From the NCBI GenBank assembly GCA_050251945.1, contig JBFWLW010000003.1:32001-96000 (forward strand): a DNA stretch of 64,000 nt, read 5' to 3'. This DNA comes from Deferribacterales bacterium. GTDB taxonomy: Bacteria > Chrysiogenota > Deferribacteres > Deferribacterales > Geovibrionaceae. Under the pieces are notes generated by a model. It was not told the origin of the DNA and did not search any database. It was given only the letters and a program-made list of their open reading frames with translations. Below, in pieces: positions 39,916 through 48,999 of the stretch (within the stretch, counting starts at the first letter, position 1; each line of letters opens with the position of its first letter). Position numbers and translations under genes: made by a program.

Positions 39916-40004
39916 TGAGATAGCTTCGTTGCTTACACTCCTCGCGAAGACCGTAATTTATCCGTCTCTGCGAGGAAGCGTTCAGGCTGACGCGGCAGTC
40001 TCAT
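39915..40004 (-). repeat. Palindromic MITE-core copy inside the fez-like operon
   Basis: ATGAGATAGCTTCG..CCTCGCGAAGAC..GTCTCTGCGAGG..GCAGTCTCAT. Confidence 0.7.
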
Positions 40005-40044
40005 CTCACTGATCAGAATCAAAAAAATATAAAAGGAGGGTTTT

Positions 40045-40620
40045 GTGGAAAACAAAGAAACAAACGAAACACAGTCCGGAAACCCTGAACAGGAAACGCC
40101 TGAACAGGCACAACAGGGCTTCGGACAGGAAGCTCAGGGACAGTATATGGGTGGACCGGAAATGCAGAACCCATATATGGCAGGTCCTCAGATGCAGCAG
40201 CCGTTCATGGGCAATCCATACATGTATAACCCGTATATGTATCCGCCCCCCGGTTATCCGCCGATGCAGGGCTATGCACCCTATCCGCCGTTCCCGCCGT
40301 ATATGCCGCCTTATCCGCCGCAATACGGTTTTCAGCCTGCACCGCCCCAGCCTCTCAATGAGGAACATTGCGGACACCATCAGCAGGAAGACCCGATGAA
40401 CGGCATAATGGGCATGTTCGGACAGATGATAGAGGGCAACCCCCAGCTTTCTGAGGTCAGCAGGATGGTTAACGCCACAGGCAGCGACTTCATCAAGGGT
40501 CTGGTGATGGGCGCAGGACTGGCGATGCTTTTAAGCAGTGAATCGGTGCGTTCGGCACTGAGCGATATTCTCGGCAAAACAGTAAGCATGTTCACAGAGG
40601 ATTCGGAGGAACAGATATGA
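40045..40620 (+). CDS. Small membrane protein with Q/P/Y/M-rich low-complexity N-terminus and GxxxG helix
   Basis: GTG start after AGGAGG, PY-rich tract, EEHCGHH, FIKGLVMGAGLAMLL. Confidence 0.75.
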   Translation: MENKETNETQSGNPEQETPEQAQQGFGQEAQGQYMGGPEMQNPYMAGPQMQQPFMGNPYMYNPYMYPPPGYPPMQGYAPYPPFPPYMPPYPPQYGFQPAPPQPLNEEHCGHHQQEDPMNGIMGMFGQMIEGNPQLSEVSRMVNATGSDFIKGLVMGAGLAMLLSSESVRSALSDILGKTVSMFTEDSEEQI

Positions 40621-40943
40621 GTAAACATATAGGATCATCAATCGGCAGGGCAACGGTATCCGGCGCTCTGGCAGGCGCGGTCATCGGCGGCGCGGTGTCT
40701 GCGGCAAAGCAGACGAAAGATTACAAAGCGGGCAGGATAACAAAAGAAGAAGCAGCAGAAAACGTGGTTAAAGAAGCTGCCGGAACAGGTATCGCCACAG
40801 CGGCGGGCGTTGCCGCGGCAAGCATGTTCGGCTTCGGGATATTCATGTCCCTCATAGCCTTCACCGCAGCGTCCGCAGGCGCGAAATATCTTTGGGATTC
40901 ATCAGTTAAACCGTCAAATACAGCAACAGTTAAGGAGAGCTAA
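40617..40943 (+). CDS. Gly/Ala-rich GxxxG small membrane protein (MamC-like, fez accessory type)
   Basis: SGALAGAVIGG, AGTGIATAAG, AKYLWD. ATGA-coupled to the upstream gene. Confidence 0.75.
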   Translation: MSKHIGSSIGRATVSGALAGAVIGGAVSAAKQTKDYKAGRITKEEAAENVVKEAAGTGIATAAGVAAASMFGFGIFMSLIAFTAASAGAKYLWDSSVKPSNTATVKES

Positions 40944-40945
40944 TC

Positions 40946-41263
40946 ATGGAACAGCAAAAAGCACCCGAAGCAGGACAGGGACAACAGCAGCAGCATTACT
41001 ACGCACCCCAGTATGCACAGCAGGCATACTATCCCCAGCAGCACACAGCCGCAAGCCATCTTAAAGAGTGGTTCAACTTCCGCGAGCCGTCATATGTCAA
41101 AGGTTTTGTTATCGGCGCAGGCGTTGCACTTGTTCTCACAAACCCCGCAGTTAAAAAAGCCATCGTAAAAGGCGTTGTAAAACTCTGGGGCGGTCTGCAG
41201 GGCGGAGTTGAAGAGCTGAAAGAGCAGATAAGAGACGTTCAGGCGGAGATGGGCGGAGAGTAA
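40946..41263 (+). CDS. YtxH-like small membrane protein with Q/Y-rich N-terminus and GxxxG
   Basis: YVKGFVIGAGVALVLTNP plus a C-terminal coiled coil. Its core resembles the 40045 protein. Confidence 0.75.
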   Translation: MEQQKAPEAGQGQQQQHYYAPQYAQQAYYPQQHTAASHLKEWFNFREPSYVKGFVIGAGVALVLTNPAVKKAIVKGVVKLWGGLQGGVEELKEQIRDVQAEMGGE

Positions 41264-41264
41264 T

Positions 41265-41462
41265 ATGCCGGAGGAAAAAAGAATAAGCCCCATGCAGAAA
41301 AAACGCAGATACGCCAAGTATGCCATGACGGCGGCACTGGGAGTTCTCGTTGTGTCGGGGTTTCAGAAGGGTAAATCTGCAAGACAGCTCCACGTTGCCA
41401 CAGGCGCGGCGCTGGTTGGTCTGGCGATATACCATACATCCCTCTACAAAAACAGGTCATGA
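41265..41462 (+). CDS. Small 2-TM protein with intramembrane His residues
   Basis: RQLHVATG..AIYH. It overlaps the next ATPase by ATGA and has RBS GGAG. Confidence 0.65.
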   Translation: MPEEKRISPMQKKRRYAKYAMTAALGVLVVSGFQKGKSARQLHVATGAALVGLAIYHTSLYKNRS

Positions 41463-43561
41463 CGAAGAAAAAACACTATCCTACGGGATTTGAAAGCGTG
41501 AGCATAGCTCACAAAACTGACAGCAGAATTCGTCTTAAGGCGGGGGTGCTCGGCAACCCCGCCCTTGACTGTACACTTCTGGAATCCACTCTGGAGTGTA
41601 TAAACGGCGTAACAGCAGTCCGCGTCAATCAGCGCGCCAATACCCTTGTGGTGGAACACGAAAAGGGCAGAGAAATAACCGAACCGCTCCTTTCCACACT
41701 GCAGACCTTTTCCCATGCCGTCTTTCAGGCGGAAGAGGAACTTGTGGACTCCCCCGACCTGATAAACGTCTATTGGGCGGGTTCCATGTGGCTTTCAAAG
41801 CTGGTTCTGCCGCAGTGGTTCCGTACGCCGCTGACATTTGCGGGCGCGGCTCCCGTTCTTCTGAAAGGGATAGACACCCTTGTAAACGACGGTCTGAAGG
41901 TTGAAGTTCTTGATGCGGCAGTTGTGTCCATGCTCCTTATGCGCAGGGATTACTTCACAGCCGGTTCCATCACTTTTCTGCTGAACCTCGGACATTATCT
42001 TGAGGCATCAACCCAGTACAAATCCGACAGAATGCTGAAAAGCCTCATAAAACCGGACGTCGAGTACGTCTGGATTCTGGACGGACAAACCGAAAAAAAG
42101 GTACCCATCGGCGAAGTGCTTGTTGGAAGCCACGTCATCATAGGCGCAGGGGAGATGATACCCGTAGACGGTATCGTAAAAGGCGGCGAAGGGCTTATCA
42201 ATCAGGCATCCGTAACAGGCGAAAGCCTCCCCGTTACAGCGGGATACAACAGTGAGGTGTATGCCGGAACTGTTGTTGCGGAAGGGAAACTCATAATCGA
42301 AGCGCGGAAGGTGGGCGCTGAAACCACCACCGCCAGAATCGCAAAATTCATCAGTAATTCACTTAAAAACCGTTCCAACACAGAGGTGCAGGCTTTTAAA
42401 ATTGCCGACAGGATGGTTCCTGTCACCTTCGGCATAGGGCTTGGCACTCTCCTGCTCACGCGGGATTTCCGCAGGGCATCGTCGGTGCTTTCAGTTGACT
42501 ACTCATGTGCGCTGAAACTGGTCACACCCACAGCAATAAAATCCAGCATGTACTGCGCCGCATCCGAAGGCATCTTCATAAAGGGCGCGCAGTCTCTTGA
42601 AAACATGGCGAAGATCGACACTATAATATTCGACAAGACAGGAACGCTGACTAAAGGAACCCTTGAGGTGTCGGATATCTTAAGTTTTTCGGATATGGAT
42701 GAGCGGGAAATCCTGAGAACCGCCGCCAGTGCCGAAGAACATTACAGTCACCCCATTGCGGCGGCTGTCGTTAAAGAAGCTGAAAAAAAGAACATTTCCC
42801 TTGAGGAAACAGGGGAAGTGGACTTCATCATAGCCCACGGCGTTTCGGCGTACGTCGGCAAAAAACACGTTCTGGCAGGAAGCAGACACTTCATCCATGA
42901 AGATGAACACATCGACTGCTCTCTTGCGGACGACACAGCGGATAAACTGCGTAAAACGGGCAAAAGTATCCTGTATGTGGCATGCGACGGCGTGCTTGCA
43001 GGCATCATAGCCCTTAAAGACGTACCGAGAAACGAATCAGCACAGGTCATCAAAGACCTGAAAAAGCGGGGCATAGACCGCGTTGTCATGCTGACAGGCG
43101 ACCACAGGGATACGGCGAATCACATAGCCAAAGAACTGGGCATCAAAGAAGTATATTTTGAGATGAAGCCTGAAGACAAACTGGACGTTGTGAACAAATT
43201 TAAATCGGAAGGGCGCAGGATAGCCTTTGTAGGCGACGGGGTGAACGACGCTCCGGCTCTGCTCTCCGCTCACGTCGGCATCAGCATGCCCGAAGGCGCA
43301 GACCTTGCGCGGGAAACATCCGACGTTATCCTTCTGCGCAACGACCTGCGGGGTATACTCACAGCGCGCATCACCGCGGAACGCACCATGAAGGTCATAA
43401 AAAGGGTATCCGTTGCAAACATCGGCATCAACACAGTTACGGTGCTTCTGTCCGTTATGGGACGCATCAGCCCGCTGCAATCCGCCGTTATGCACAACGG
43501 AACAACCCTTGGAACACTGCTTTATGCTCTGAGCCTTTCCCAGAGCGGGAGAACACAATGA
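41459..43561 (+). CDS. fezB: P1B-6-type ATPase (FezB-like ferrosome iron transporter)
   Basis: R-rich HKTDSRIRL, TGES, DYSCA, DKTGT, GDGVND and HNGTT (HNxxT). Confidence 0.85.
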   Translation: MTKKKHYPTGFESVSIAHKTDSRIRLKAGVLGNPALDCTLLESTLECINGVTAVRVNQRANTLVVEHEKGREITEPLLSTLQTFSHAVFQAEEELVDSPDLINVYWAGSMWLSKLVLPQWFRTPLTFAGAAPVLLKGIDTLVNDGLKVEVLDAAVVSMLLMRRDYFTAGSITFLLNLGHYLEASTQYKSDRMLKSLIKPDVEYVWILDGQTEKKVPIGEVLVGSHVIIGAGEMIPVDGIVKGGEGLINQASVTGESLPVTAGYNSEVYAGTVVAEGKLIIEARKVGAETTTARIAKFISNSLKNRSNTEVQAFKIADRMVPVTFGIGLGTLLLTRDFRRASSVLSVDYSCALKLVTPTAIKSSMYCAASEGIFIKGAQSLENMAKIDTIIFDKTGTLTKGTLEVSDILSFSDMDEREILRTAASAEEHYSHPIAAAVVKEAEKKNISLEETGEVDFIIAHGVSAYVGKKHVLAGSRHFIHEDEHIDCSLADDTADKLRKTGKSILYVACDGVLAGIIALKDVPRNESAQVIKDLKKRGIDRVVMLTGDHRDTANHIAKELGIKEVYFEMKPEDKLDVVNKFKSEGRRIAFVGDGVNDAPALLSAHVGISMPEGADLARETSDVILLRNDLRGILTARITAERTMKVIKRVSVANIGINTVTVLLSVMGRISPLQSAVMHNGTTLGTLLYALSLSQSGRTQ

Positions 43562-44244
43562 AACTGTCCGATGCAAAAAGCGGAGGCTTTTATAAAGTTA
43601 TGTCCGTGAAAGACGCCGAACTCGCCCGCAGGCTGGGTGCATACGGCATATTTGCGGGAACCATCGTTTCAAAGGTTGGCAGAGGCGACATAGAACTGGC
43701 AACGCTGAAAATATCCGTGAACGAAGTTACGAAGGCACTCAGCGGATCGCTGGCGAGGCATCTCTTCTATAAATCGCCATCTGGCGAAAAACGCAGCATC
43801 TATGAACATGAAACAGGTCTGGATTTCACCGTGGTTGTCCCGAAAACCGCGGCTAGTGATATGACAAAACTCGGTATAAAAGGCGGGGACACTATACAGG
43901 TTATAAAGAAGCTTCCGCATATGGAATACATCACCCTCGTCGGACACAAAACAAGATGCCGTCTTTCGGAAGCACACGCAGCATGTATTCTGGGCGACGG
44001 AAAACAGTTCTCTTTCGCATCAAAAAACAAGGATTTCATAGTCGACGAACTTTTGAGTCAGGAGACCTATGGTCAGGTCATGTCCGTTAACGGCATACAG
44101 AAAGGCACGCAGCTGACCCTTGAGGGTATCGAAACGGGGAAATCCGTCCATCTGGACGACTATCCCGACATGGTCATATGCACGGCGCAGGGGCTTAGGG
44201 TGTTCATATCCGAAAGCACTGCTGAAAAAATAAACGCCGAATAA
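43558..44244 (+). CDS. FeoA-domain (SH3-like) repeat protein
   Basis: MKLSD..G..KV...RRLGAYGIFAG, with the pattern repeated in MTKLGIKGGDTIQV and NGIQKGTQL. Confidence 0.65.
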   Translation: MKLSDAKSGGFYKVMSVKDAELARRLGAYGIFAGTIVSKVGRGDIELATLKISVNEVTKALSGSLARHLFYKSPSGEKRSIYEHETGLDFTVVVPKTAASDMTKLGIKGGDTIQVIKKLPHMEYITLVGHKTRCRLSEAHAACILGDGKQFSFASKNKDFIVDELLSQETYGQVMSVNGIQKGTQLTLEGIETGKSVHLDDYPDMVICTAQGLRVFISESTAEKINAE

Positions 44245-44268
44245 ATTTTTCCCTTGAAATCAATGCGG

Positions 44269-44287
44269 GATAATGATATTCATTATC
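44269..44287. promoter_or_regulatory. Near-consensus Fur box
   Basis: GATAATGATATTCATTATC is 18/19 to GATAATGATAATCATTATC. TTGAAA at 44254 could serve as -35. Confidence 0.85.
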
Positions 44288-44346
44288 AACATTGCCCGTT
44301 TGGCATTTTAACGGGGTGCCCGAGCGGGCTTTCGGCACTATTTTCC
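44288..44346 (+). ncRNA. Candidate Fur-repressed small RNA
   Basis: Lies directly after the Fur box and ends in a GTGCC..GGCAC hairpin plus TATTTT. No convincing ORF. Confidence 0.3.
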
Positions 44347-44534
44347 ACGATTGTCAACCCAACGCTAACTGGACGAAATCTCCGATTTCAGACCATCGCA
44401 GAATGCCTTAAGCCCGTACCCCGACCACAATGTAATTATATGATTTTCTAAATATATCTCAAACGTTTTCTTTGAACTTGCGGTCACATCACTTCACACC
44501 GATATTAGTTAAACCAGCCGTACGGAGGTTAACT

Positions 44535-44969
44535 ATGAAAGATACTATCAAAGCCGGAACAACTGCAGAAATTGAATTAACCGTGAATGAAAATAAGACG
44601 GTTCCGAATCTCTATCCGGAATCAAATCTTTTCTCAACCATGCCAAGGGTTTTTGCGACCGGCTATATGGTGGGCTTTCTGGAATGGGCATGTATGGAAG
44701 CGCTGGCGCCCCATCTGGACGTGGGTGAACAGAGCGTCGGCACCAATGTGAACGTGACCCACTGCGCCGCGACTCCCGTGGGCATGAAGGTTCGCGCAAA
44801 AGCCGTATGCACCGGAGTGGACGGACAGAAGACGTCGTGGGAAGTGGAAGCATGGGACGAAAAGGAACTGATCGGAAAAGGAACCCACGAGCGCTTCACC
44901 ATAAATACAGACAGATTCAACATCAAGATGGCAAAAAAGTCCAACCCGCTGCTCAGGCTTAACTGCTGA
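44535..44969 (+). CDS. Hot-dog thioesterase (fluoroacetyl-CoA thioesterase FlK-like)
   Basis: VFATG..E..C, SVGT..THCAATPVG, GTHER. RBS GGAGG. Confidence 0.85.
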   Translation: MKDTIKAGTTAEIELTVNENKTVPNLYPESNLFSTMPRVFATGYMVGFLEWACMEALAPHLDVGEQSVGTNVNVTHCAATPVGMKVRAKAVCTGVDGQKTSWEVEAWDEKELIGKGTHERFTINTDRFNIKMAKKSNPLLRLNC

Positions 44970-45051
44970 GATTCGCTGTTGACTATGGCGGCTTTTTTCA
45001 TTATCTTAATCACAGATAACGCATGTCTCTAATATCTTAAAGGGTGAAAAC

Positions 45052-45423
45052 ATGATAAACGACACATTTAAAGAGGTTTTAAAGAACGAAGGAGTGGTTT
45101 CCATAGTAACATGGGGAAAGGGCGAAGCAAACGTTGTAAACACATGGAACTCATACGTTGTACTTACGGGCGACAACAGACTTCTTATACCGGCGGCGGG
45201 AATGACAAGCACAGAGGGAGACCTTGCCGTTAACGGCAGAGTAAAACTCACACTGGGCAGCAAAAACGTTCAGGGGCTTTTCGGCATGGGTACGGGATTC
45301 AGAGTGGAAGGAACAGCGAAGCTGGTTTCGGAAGGTGCCGAATACGAAATGATGCAGGCGAAATATCCGTTTCAAAGGAAGATGCTGGAAATAACACCTG
45401 AACTGGTTAAACAGACGGTATAG
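45052..45423 (+). CDS. FMN-binding split-barrel protein (pyridoxamine 5'-phosphate oxidase-like)
   Basis: EGVVSIVTW, NTWNSY, LIPAAGM and GTGF motifs. Confidence 0.8.
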   Translation: MINDTFKEVLKNEGVVSIVTWGKGEANVVNTWNSYVVLTGDNRLLIPAAGMTSTEGDLAVNGRVKLTLGSKNVQGLFGMGTGFRVEGTAKLVSEGAEYEMMQAKYPFQRKMLEITPELVKQTV

Positions 45424-45452
45424 AAAAAGGTACCTTGCGGCAGTGAGAATTC

Positions 45453-45594
45453 TCGAACTGATGACAACGTCAGGAAAATGCGAGATCGCGTCGTCGCGTG
45501 CGCTCCTCGCGAAGATAAAAACCTTCTCTGCGAGGGTTTGAACCCGAAGCAGTCTTAATGCGAGCTGTGTAAATTTAGTTTGTCAACAACCTGA
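45453..45594 (-). mobile_element. ~142-bp MITE-like element, copy 2 (reverse orientation)
   Basis: Close reverse complement of copies 1 and 3. Abuts the hairpin AGACCTCCCG-TCAG-CGGGAGGTCT. Confidence 0.75.
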
Positions 45595-45603
45595 GACCTC
45601 CCG

Positions 45604-46101
45604 TCAGCGGGAGGTCTTTCTATGCTTAAACCATTCCTCGGTATCTTTTATCTGCTGCGGATCAAGCTTTTTATGCCGTTCATCATTCAGCCATCCTATT
45701 GTTTTTGAGCGCAGATGATCGCGCATCTTCTCTTCCGCCTCAAGCATTACCGTTTTTATGATACATGGTTTTTTGCAGTAAGCATCCGGAAGATTGTTTT
45801 TGTCTACAATGGCGCTGTGCTGGCGTATCTCACAGCACTGAAACAGCGGTGTTTCGCCCTCTATCGCCTGCACAACGTCCCAGAATGTTATTTCTTCCGG
45901 AGCGCGGGTAAGCTCATAGCCGCCGTTTACCCCCGGAATTGACCGCACAATCCCTGATTTACGCAATTTTGTAAGCATTTTTGAAAGATAGGTCTCTGAA
46001 ACACCCTGATATGCGGCAAGTTCCCTCACCCCGACAGGTCTGTCGCGCCCTATGAAGCAGAGACAGTGTAAAGCGTATTCAACTCCCACGGAAAACTGCA
46101 T
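45604..46101 (-). CDS. Rrf2-family transcriptional regulator
   Basis: VEYALH, YLSKML..L, S..GVNGGYEL, with C-terminal Cys residues. Confidence 0.9.
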   Translation of the reverse strand: MQFSVGVEYALHCLCFIGRDRPVGVRELAAYQGVSETYLSKMLTKLRKSGIVRSIPGVNGGYELTRAPEEITFWDVVQAIEGETPLFQCCEIRQHSAIVDKNNLPDAYCKKPCIIKTVMLEAEEKMRDHLRSKTIGWLNDERHKKLDPQQIKDTEEWFKHRKTSR

Positions 46102-46110
46102 AACACTACC

Positions 46111-46542
46111 TCAGTCGGCCTTCTGCCATACCTGAGTACGGTAAAAAGGTCCGAGATATCCCCTCAGCTCCAGTTTTTTCCCGCTCTCAATCACTTTTAT
46201 GCGCGCCTTGTACACTTTCCCGTTTTTGGGATCCAGTATATTTCCACCTTCCCAGACATCGCTTTCGCTGCCGTTTTGTTTAAGTCCGCGTATGATATTT
46301 AGTCCGGCAATGGGTTTGCCTTTTCTGTCATCGCTGCAAGCCCCGCAGAGGGCGTCTTTCTTAACATTGGGGTCGAGCAATTTTTCTATGCTGCCGCTGA
46401 GAATCCCGCTGTTTTCAGTTATTCTTACAAGGGACTTCTCTTTGCCTGTTTTATCGTCGATCGTCTTCCAGAGACCGACAGGTGTCGCTGCAAATGACAG
46501 AGCGGGAAGCAGCATCAGAGCAAAAACTTTTTTTCTTATCAT
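46111..46542 (-). CDS. DUF2147-like exported protein
   Basis: Signal peptide, GLWKTIDD, CxxC, WEGGNILDPKNGKVY, RTQVW. Confidence 0.8.
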   Translation of the reverse strand: MIRKKVFALMLLPALSFAATPVGLWKTIDDKTGKEKSLVRITENSGILSGSIEKLLDPNVKKDALCGACSDDRKGKPIAGLNIIRGLKQNGSESDVWEGGNILDPKNGKVYKARIKVIESGKKLELRGYLGPFYRTQVWQKAD

Positions 46543-46583
46543 AAACTACCTTCATTGATCGCTCCGCCATATTAACCCCGCTC

Positions 46584-48932
46584 TCAGGTTTCGTCAATCT
46601 GGCTTTTGCTGAGGAACTTCTCCGCATATCGCATGTATACTTTTTCTCTGATGAAGATTTCGTACACATCTTTATCAATATGCCCGTCTTTTTTCATAGA
46701 TTCCATTATCTTCAGCGACTCTGAAAGTGTTTTCGCTTTTTTGTACGGTCTGTCGGAAGCTGTCAGAGCTTCAAAAATATCAGCAACTGCAATTATTTTC
46801 GCAGGAATCGGAATCTCATCCGATTTAAGCCCTCTCGGATACCCGTTTCCTGTCATCGTTTCGTGGTGTCCGCCCGCATATTCCGGCACACGATCAAGCT
46901 CGCTCGGCAGTTTTATTCCGGTAAGCATCTTTATGGTCATTATAATATGTTCGTTTATCTTATAGCGTTCCTCTTCCGTGAGAGTCCCCCGCCTTACGGA
47001 CAGGTTATAAAGCTCTCCTATGTTGTATGCATATTCCGGTACTGTCACATTGAACCCGAAACTCTCGTATTCATCTTTGTCAATGGCGCTTTCTCTGGGT
47101 ATCAGATGGTCTTTTCTATCACTCAGCAATTTCTCTTCTGCCGGAACGGGAACCTGTTCAATATCTTTCAGTCTCAGCTCTTCTGCAATGCTGAGTCCTT
47201 TTCTGTCGCAAAAATATCTCGTCCATGTTCTCTGAGCAATTGCGTTAAGCCTGAGGATATCTTCATCACTCATAAACTCCCCGCCTATATTGCATTTTGC
47301 TATAAAATCAAAATCATCGTAAAGCTGTTTCCGACGCTCAGTAAGTTCAGTTTCAAGTTCCTGCCTCTTTTCAGGATACTCTGTCAGCTTTTCGTAATAT
47401 TCTATTATGTCATCTCTGTATAACACCTCAAAACGGGTGCGTATCTCGTGTATTCTGTTATAAATTGTTTCCAGCTTCGTAGCTTTATCAACGACATATT
47501 CCGGAGTTGTCACCTTTCCGCAATCGTGCAGCCACGAGGCTATCTTAAATTCGCGCCAGTCCGATTCCGTACGCAGATTGAGCTGCCCGGCAAGACCGCC
47601 GCCTTTTTCATCAATGGTTTCAGCGAGCATAACGGCAAGTTGCGGCACTCTCTCACAGTGTTCGCCGGTATATCTGGATTTGGCATCAATAGCTCCTGCC
47701 ATTATCTTTATGAACGAGTCGATAAGATCCCTTTCCGCCTTTTCATGTCTTTTTATAGAAACCGACATATTGACCATAGAATCTGAAAGACTGTAAAATT
47801 CGCTGACAACGGTCGCAATATGCTTAACACTATCATATTTGTTCTCCGCAACAGCATCTGTCATAAGCTTTAACCTGTTTATCGGGTTAATGAACAGCTT
47901 TTTAAGTATATAAAGAACGGGGAAATATGTTATCCCGATGATAAGAAGTGAAATCAGCAGAGTCGTTAACATCGTTGCCTTTATCTCGTCAAGGATGACG
48001 CTCCTTTTAACAAAAGATGCGATATACCAATCCTTCCCGATATACGACGGAAGTTTTTCCACGAAATATTCATAGGTCTGACCGCCGCCTTTTTCGCTTC
48101 CGGCGAGTCTGCCGACGGCAACTGAGTCAAACGCAGCGGAATATACCGGATTTTTCAGGCTCTTCAGCTTGATTATCTCTTTTCTGTCGTTCATTCCGGC
48201 AATATCAAAAGAGGCTGCTATGACATCAGTATCTTTTGAGAAAAGAATGATATCTCCATTGATACTGCCTGCCTTCTCTTTAAGCAGCGACGAAAGGGAA
48301 CCCAGAGAAAAATCTGCCGCCGCGACCCTTGTCTTTTTTCCGTCTTCACTGTATGAGGCGACAGAGAGCGTTATCCCCAGTTTACTTGTGGAAGCGAACA
48401 CATACGGGTCTGACCAGCTTATTGTTTTTCCGGCATCTTCGTACCACTGCCTCGTTCTGGGGTCATATTCTGCAGCAACCGCCTCTTCCGAGACAGTTGC
48501 ATATCCGGAGTCCTTATAATAATAGACATCCTGAGGTTTTTCTTCGGTGCGGTCAATTATGCGCACGGCGAGCTTCGGCGAGCGTCTTGCCTGCAAAAAA
48601 GTACCTTCATCATCAGTAATAAAGATACTTGATATATGGCTGCCGTCCATCATCTGTTCCCATAGAATTTTAAGCAGAATATCCCTGTTCTCTGTAAAAG
48701 GTTTTTCCGAGCCGACTGTCAGCAATATTGAAAGGTCGGTGGAAACTGACTGCAAACTTTCCGCCATTGCCAGAGTAATGTTTCTGTTTGACTCGTTGAT
48801 CTTGTCTTCGGTTATCTCGTACGCCTGCTTCATCCCTCTGAGAAAAAAGTTGCCCATAAGAAACAGCGAAAGAATAAGGGTAAGCCCGGCGAAAAGAGAG
48901 AGGATACTGAATGTGAAGGTATATTTTTTCAT
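46584..48932 (-). CDS. Membrane-bound Cache/HAMP HD-GYP phosphodiesterase
   Basis: WLHDCGK, HHE..GNGYP and ADIFEALT..RPYK, plus periplasmic YDPRTRQWY. Confidence 0.9.
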   Translation of the reverse strand: MKKYTFTFSILSLFAGLTLILSLFLMGNFFLRGMKQAYEITEDKINESNRNITLAMAESLQSVSTDLSILLTVGSEKPFTENRDILLKILWEQMMDGSHISSIFITDDEGTFLQARRSPKLAVRIIDRTEEKPQDVYYYKDSGYATVSEEAVAAEYDPRTRQWYEDAGKTISWSDPYVFASTSKLGITLSVASYSEDGKKTRVAAADFSLGSLSSLLKEKAGSINGDIILFSKDTDVIAASFDIAGMNDRKEIIKLKSLKNPVYSAAFDSVAVGRLAGSEKGGGQTYEYFVEKLPSYIGKDWYIASFVKRSVILDEIKATMLTTLLISLLIIGITYFPVLYILKKLFINPINRLKLMTDAVAENKYDSVKHIATVVSEFYSLSDSMVNMSVSIKRHEKAERDLIDSFIKIMAGAIDAKSRYTGEHCERVPQLAVMLAETIDEKGGGLAGQLNLRTESDWREFKIASWLHDCGKVTTPEYVVDKATKLETIYNRIHEIRTRFEVLYRDDIIEYYEKLTEYPEKRQELETELTERRKQLYDDFDFIAKCNIGGEFMSDEDILRLNAIAQRTWTRYFCDRKGLSIAEELRLKDIEQVPVPAEEKLLSDRKDHLIPRESAIDKDEYESFGFNVTVPEYAYNIGELYNLSVRRGTLTEEERYKINEHIIMTIKMLTGIKLPSELDRVPEYAGGHHETMTGNGYPRGLKSDEIPIPAKIIAVADIFEALTASDRPYKKAKTLSESLKIMESMKKDGHIDKDVYEIFIREKVYMRYAEKFLSKSQIDET

Positions 48933-48999
48933 ACTTCTAAACCTTCACATATTTTAGCATAATATTTTCAGAAACATAATAAATAAACATAATTAACGG

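Noticed and set aside
40043..40399. Arg-rich alternative-frame ORF
   Set aside because: A shadow of the Pro-rich 40045 gene, which has the RBS-spaced GTG and couples to the next gene.
40617..40943. Magnetosome island suggested by a MamC-like protein
   Set aside because: No core mam genes are present. GxxxG proteins beside a P1B-6 ATPase fit a ferrosome cluster.
44254..44451. 65-aa ORF after the fez-like operon
   Set aside because: TTG start with no RBS, runs through the Fur box and hairpin, and has no recognisable motif.
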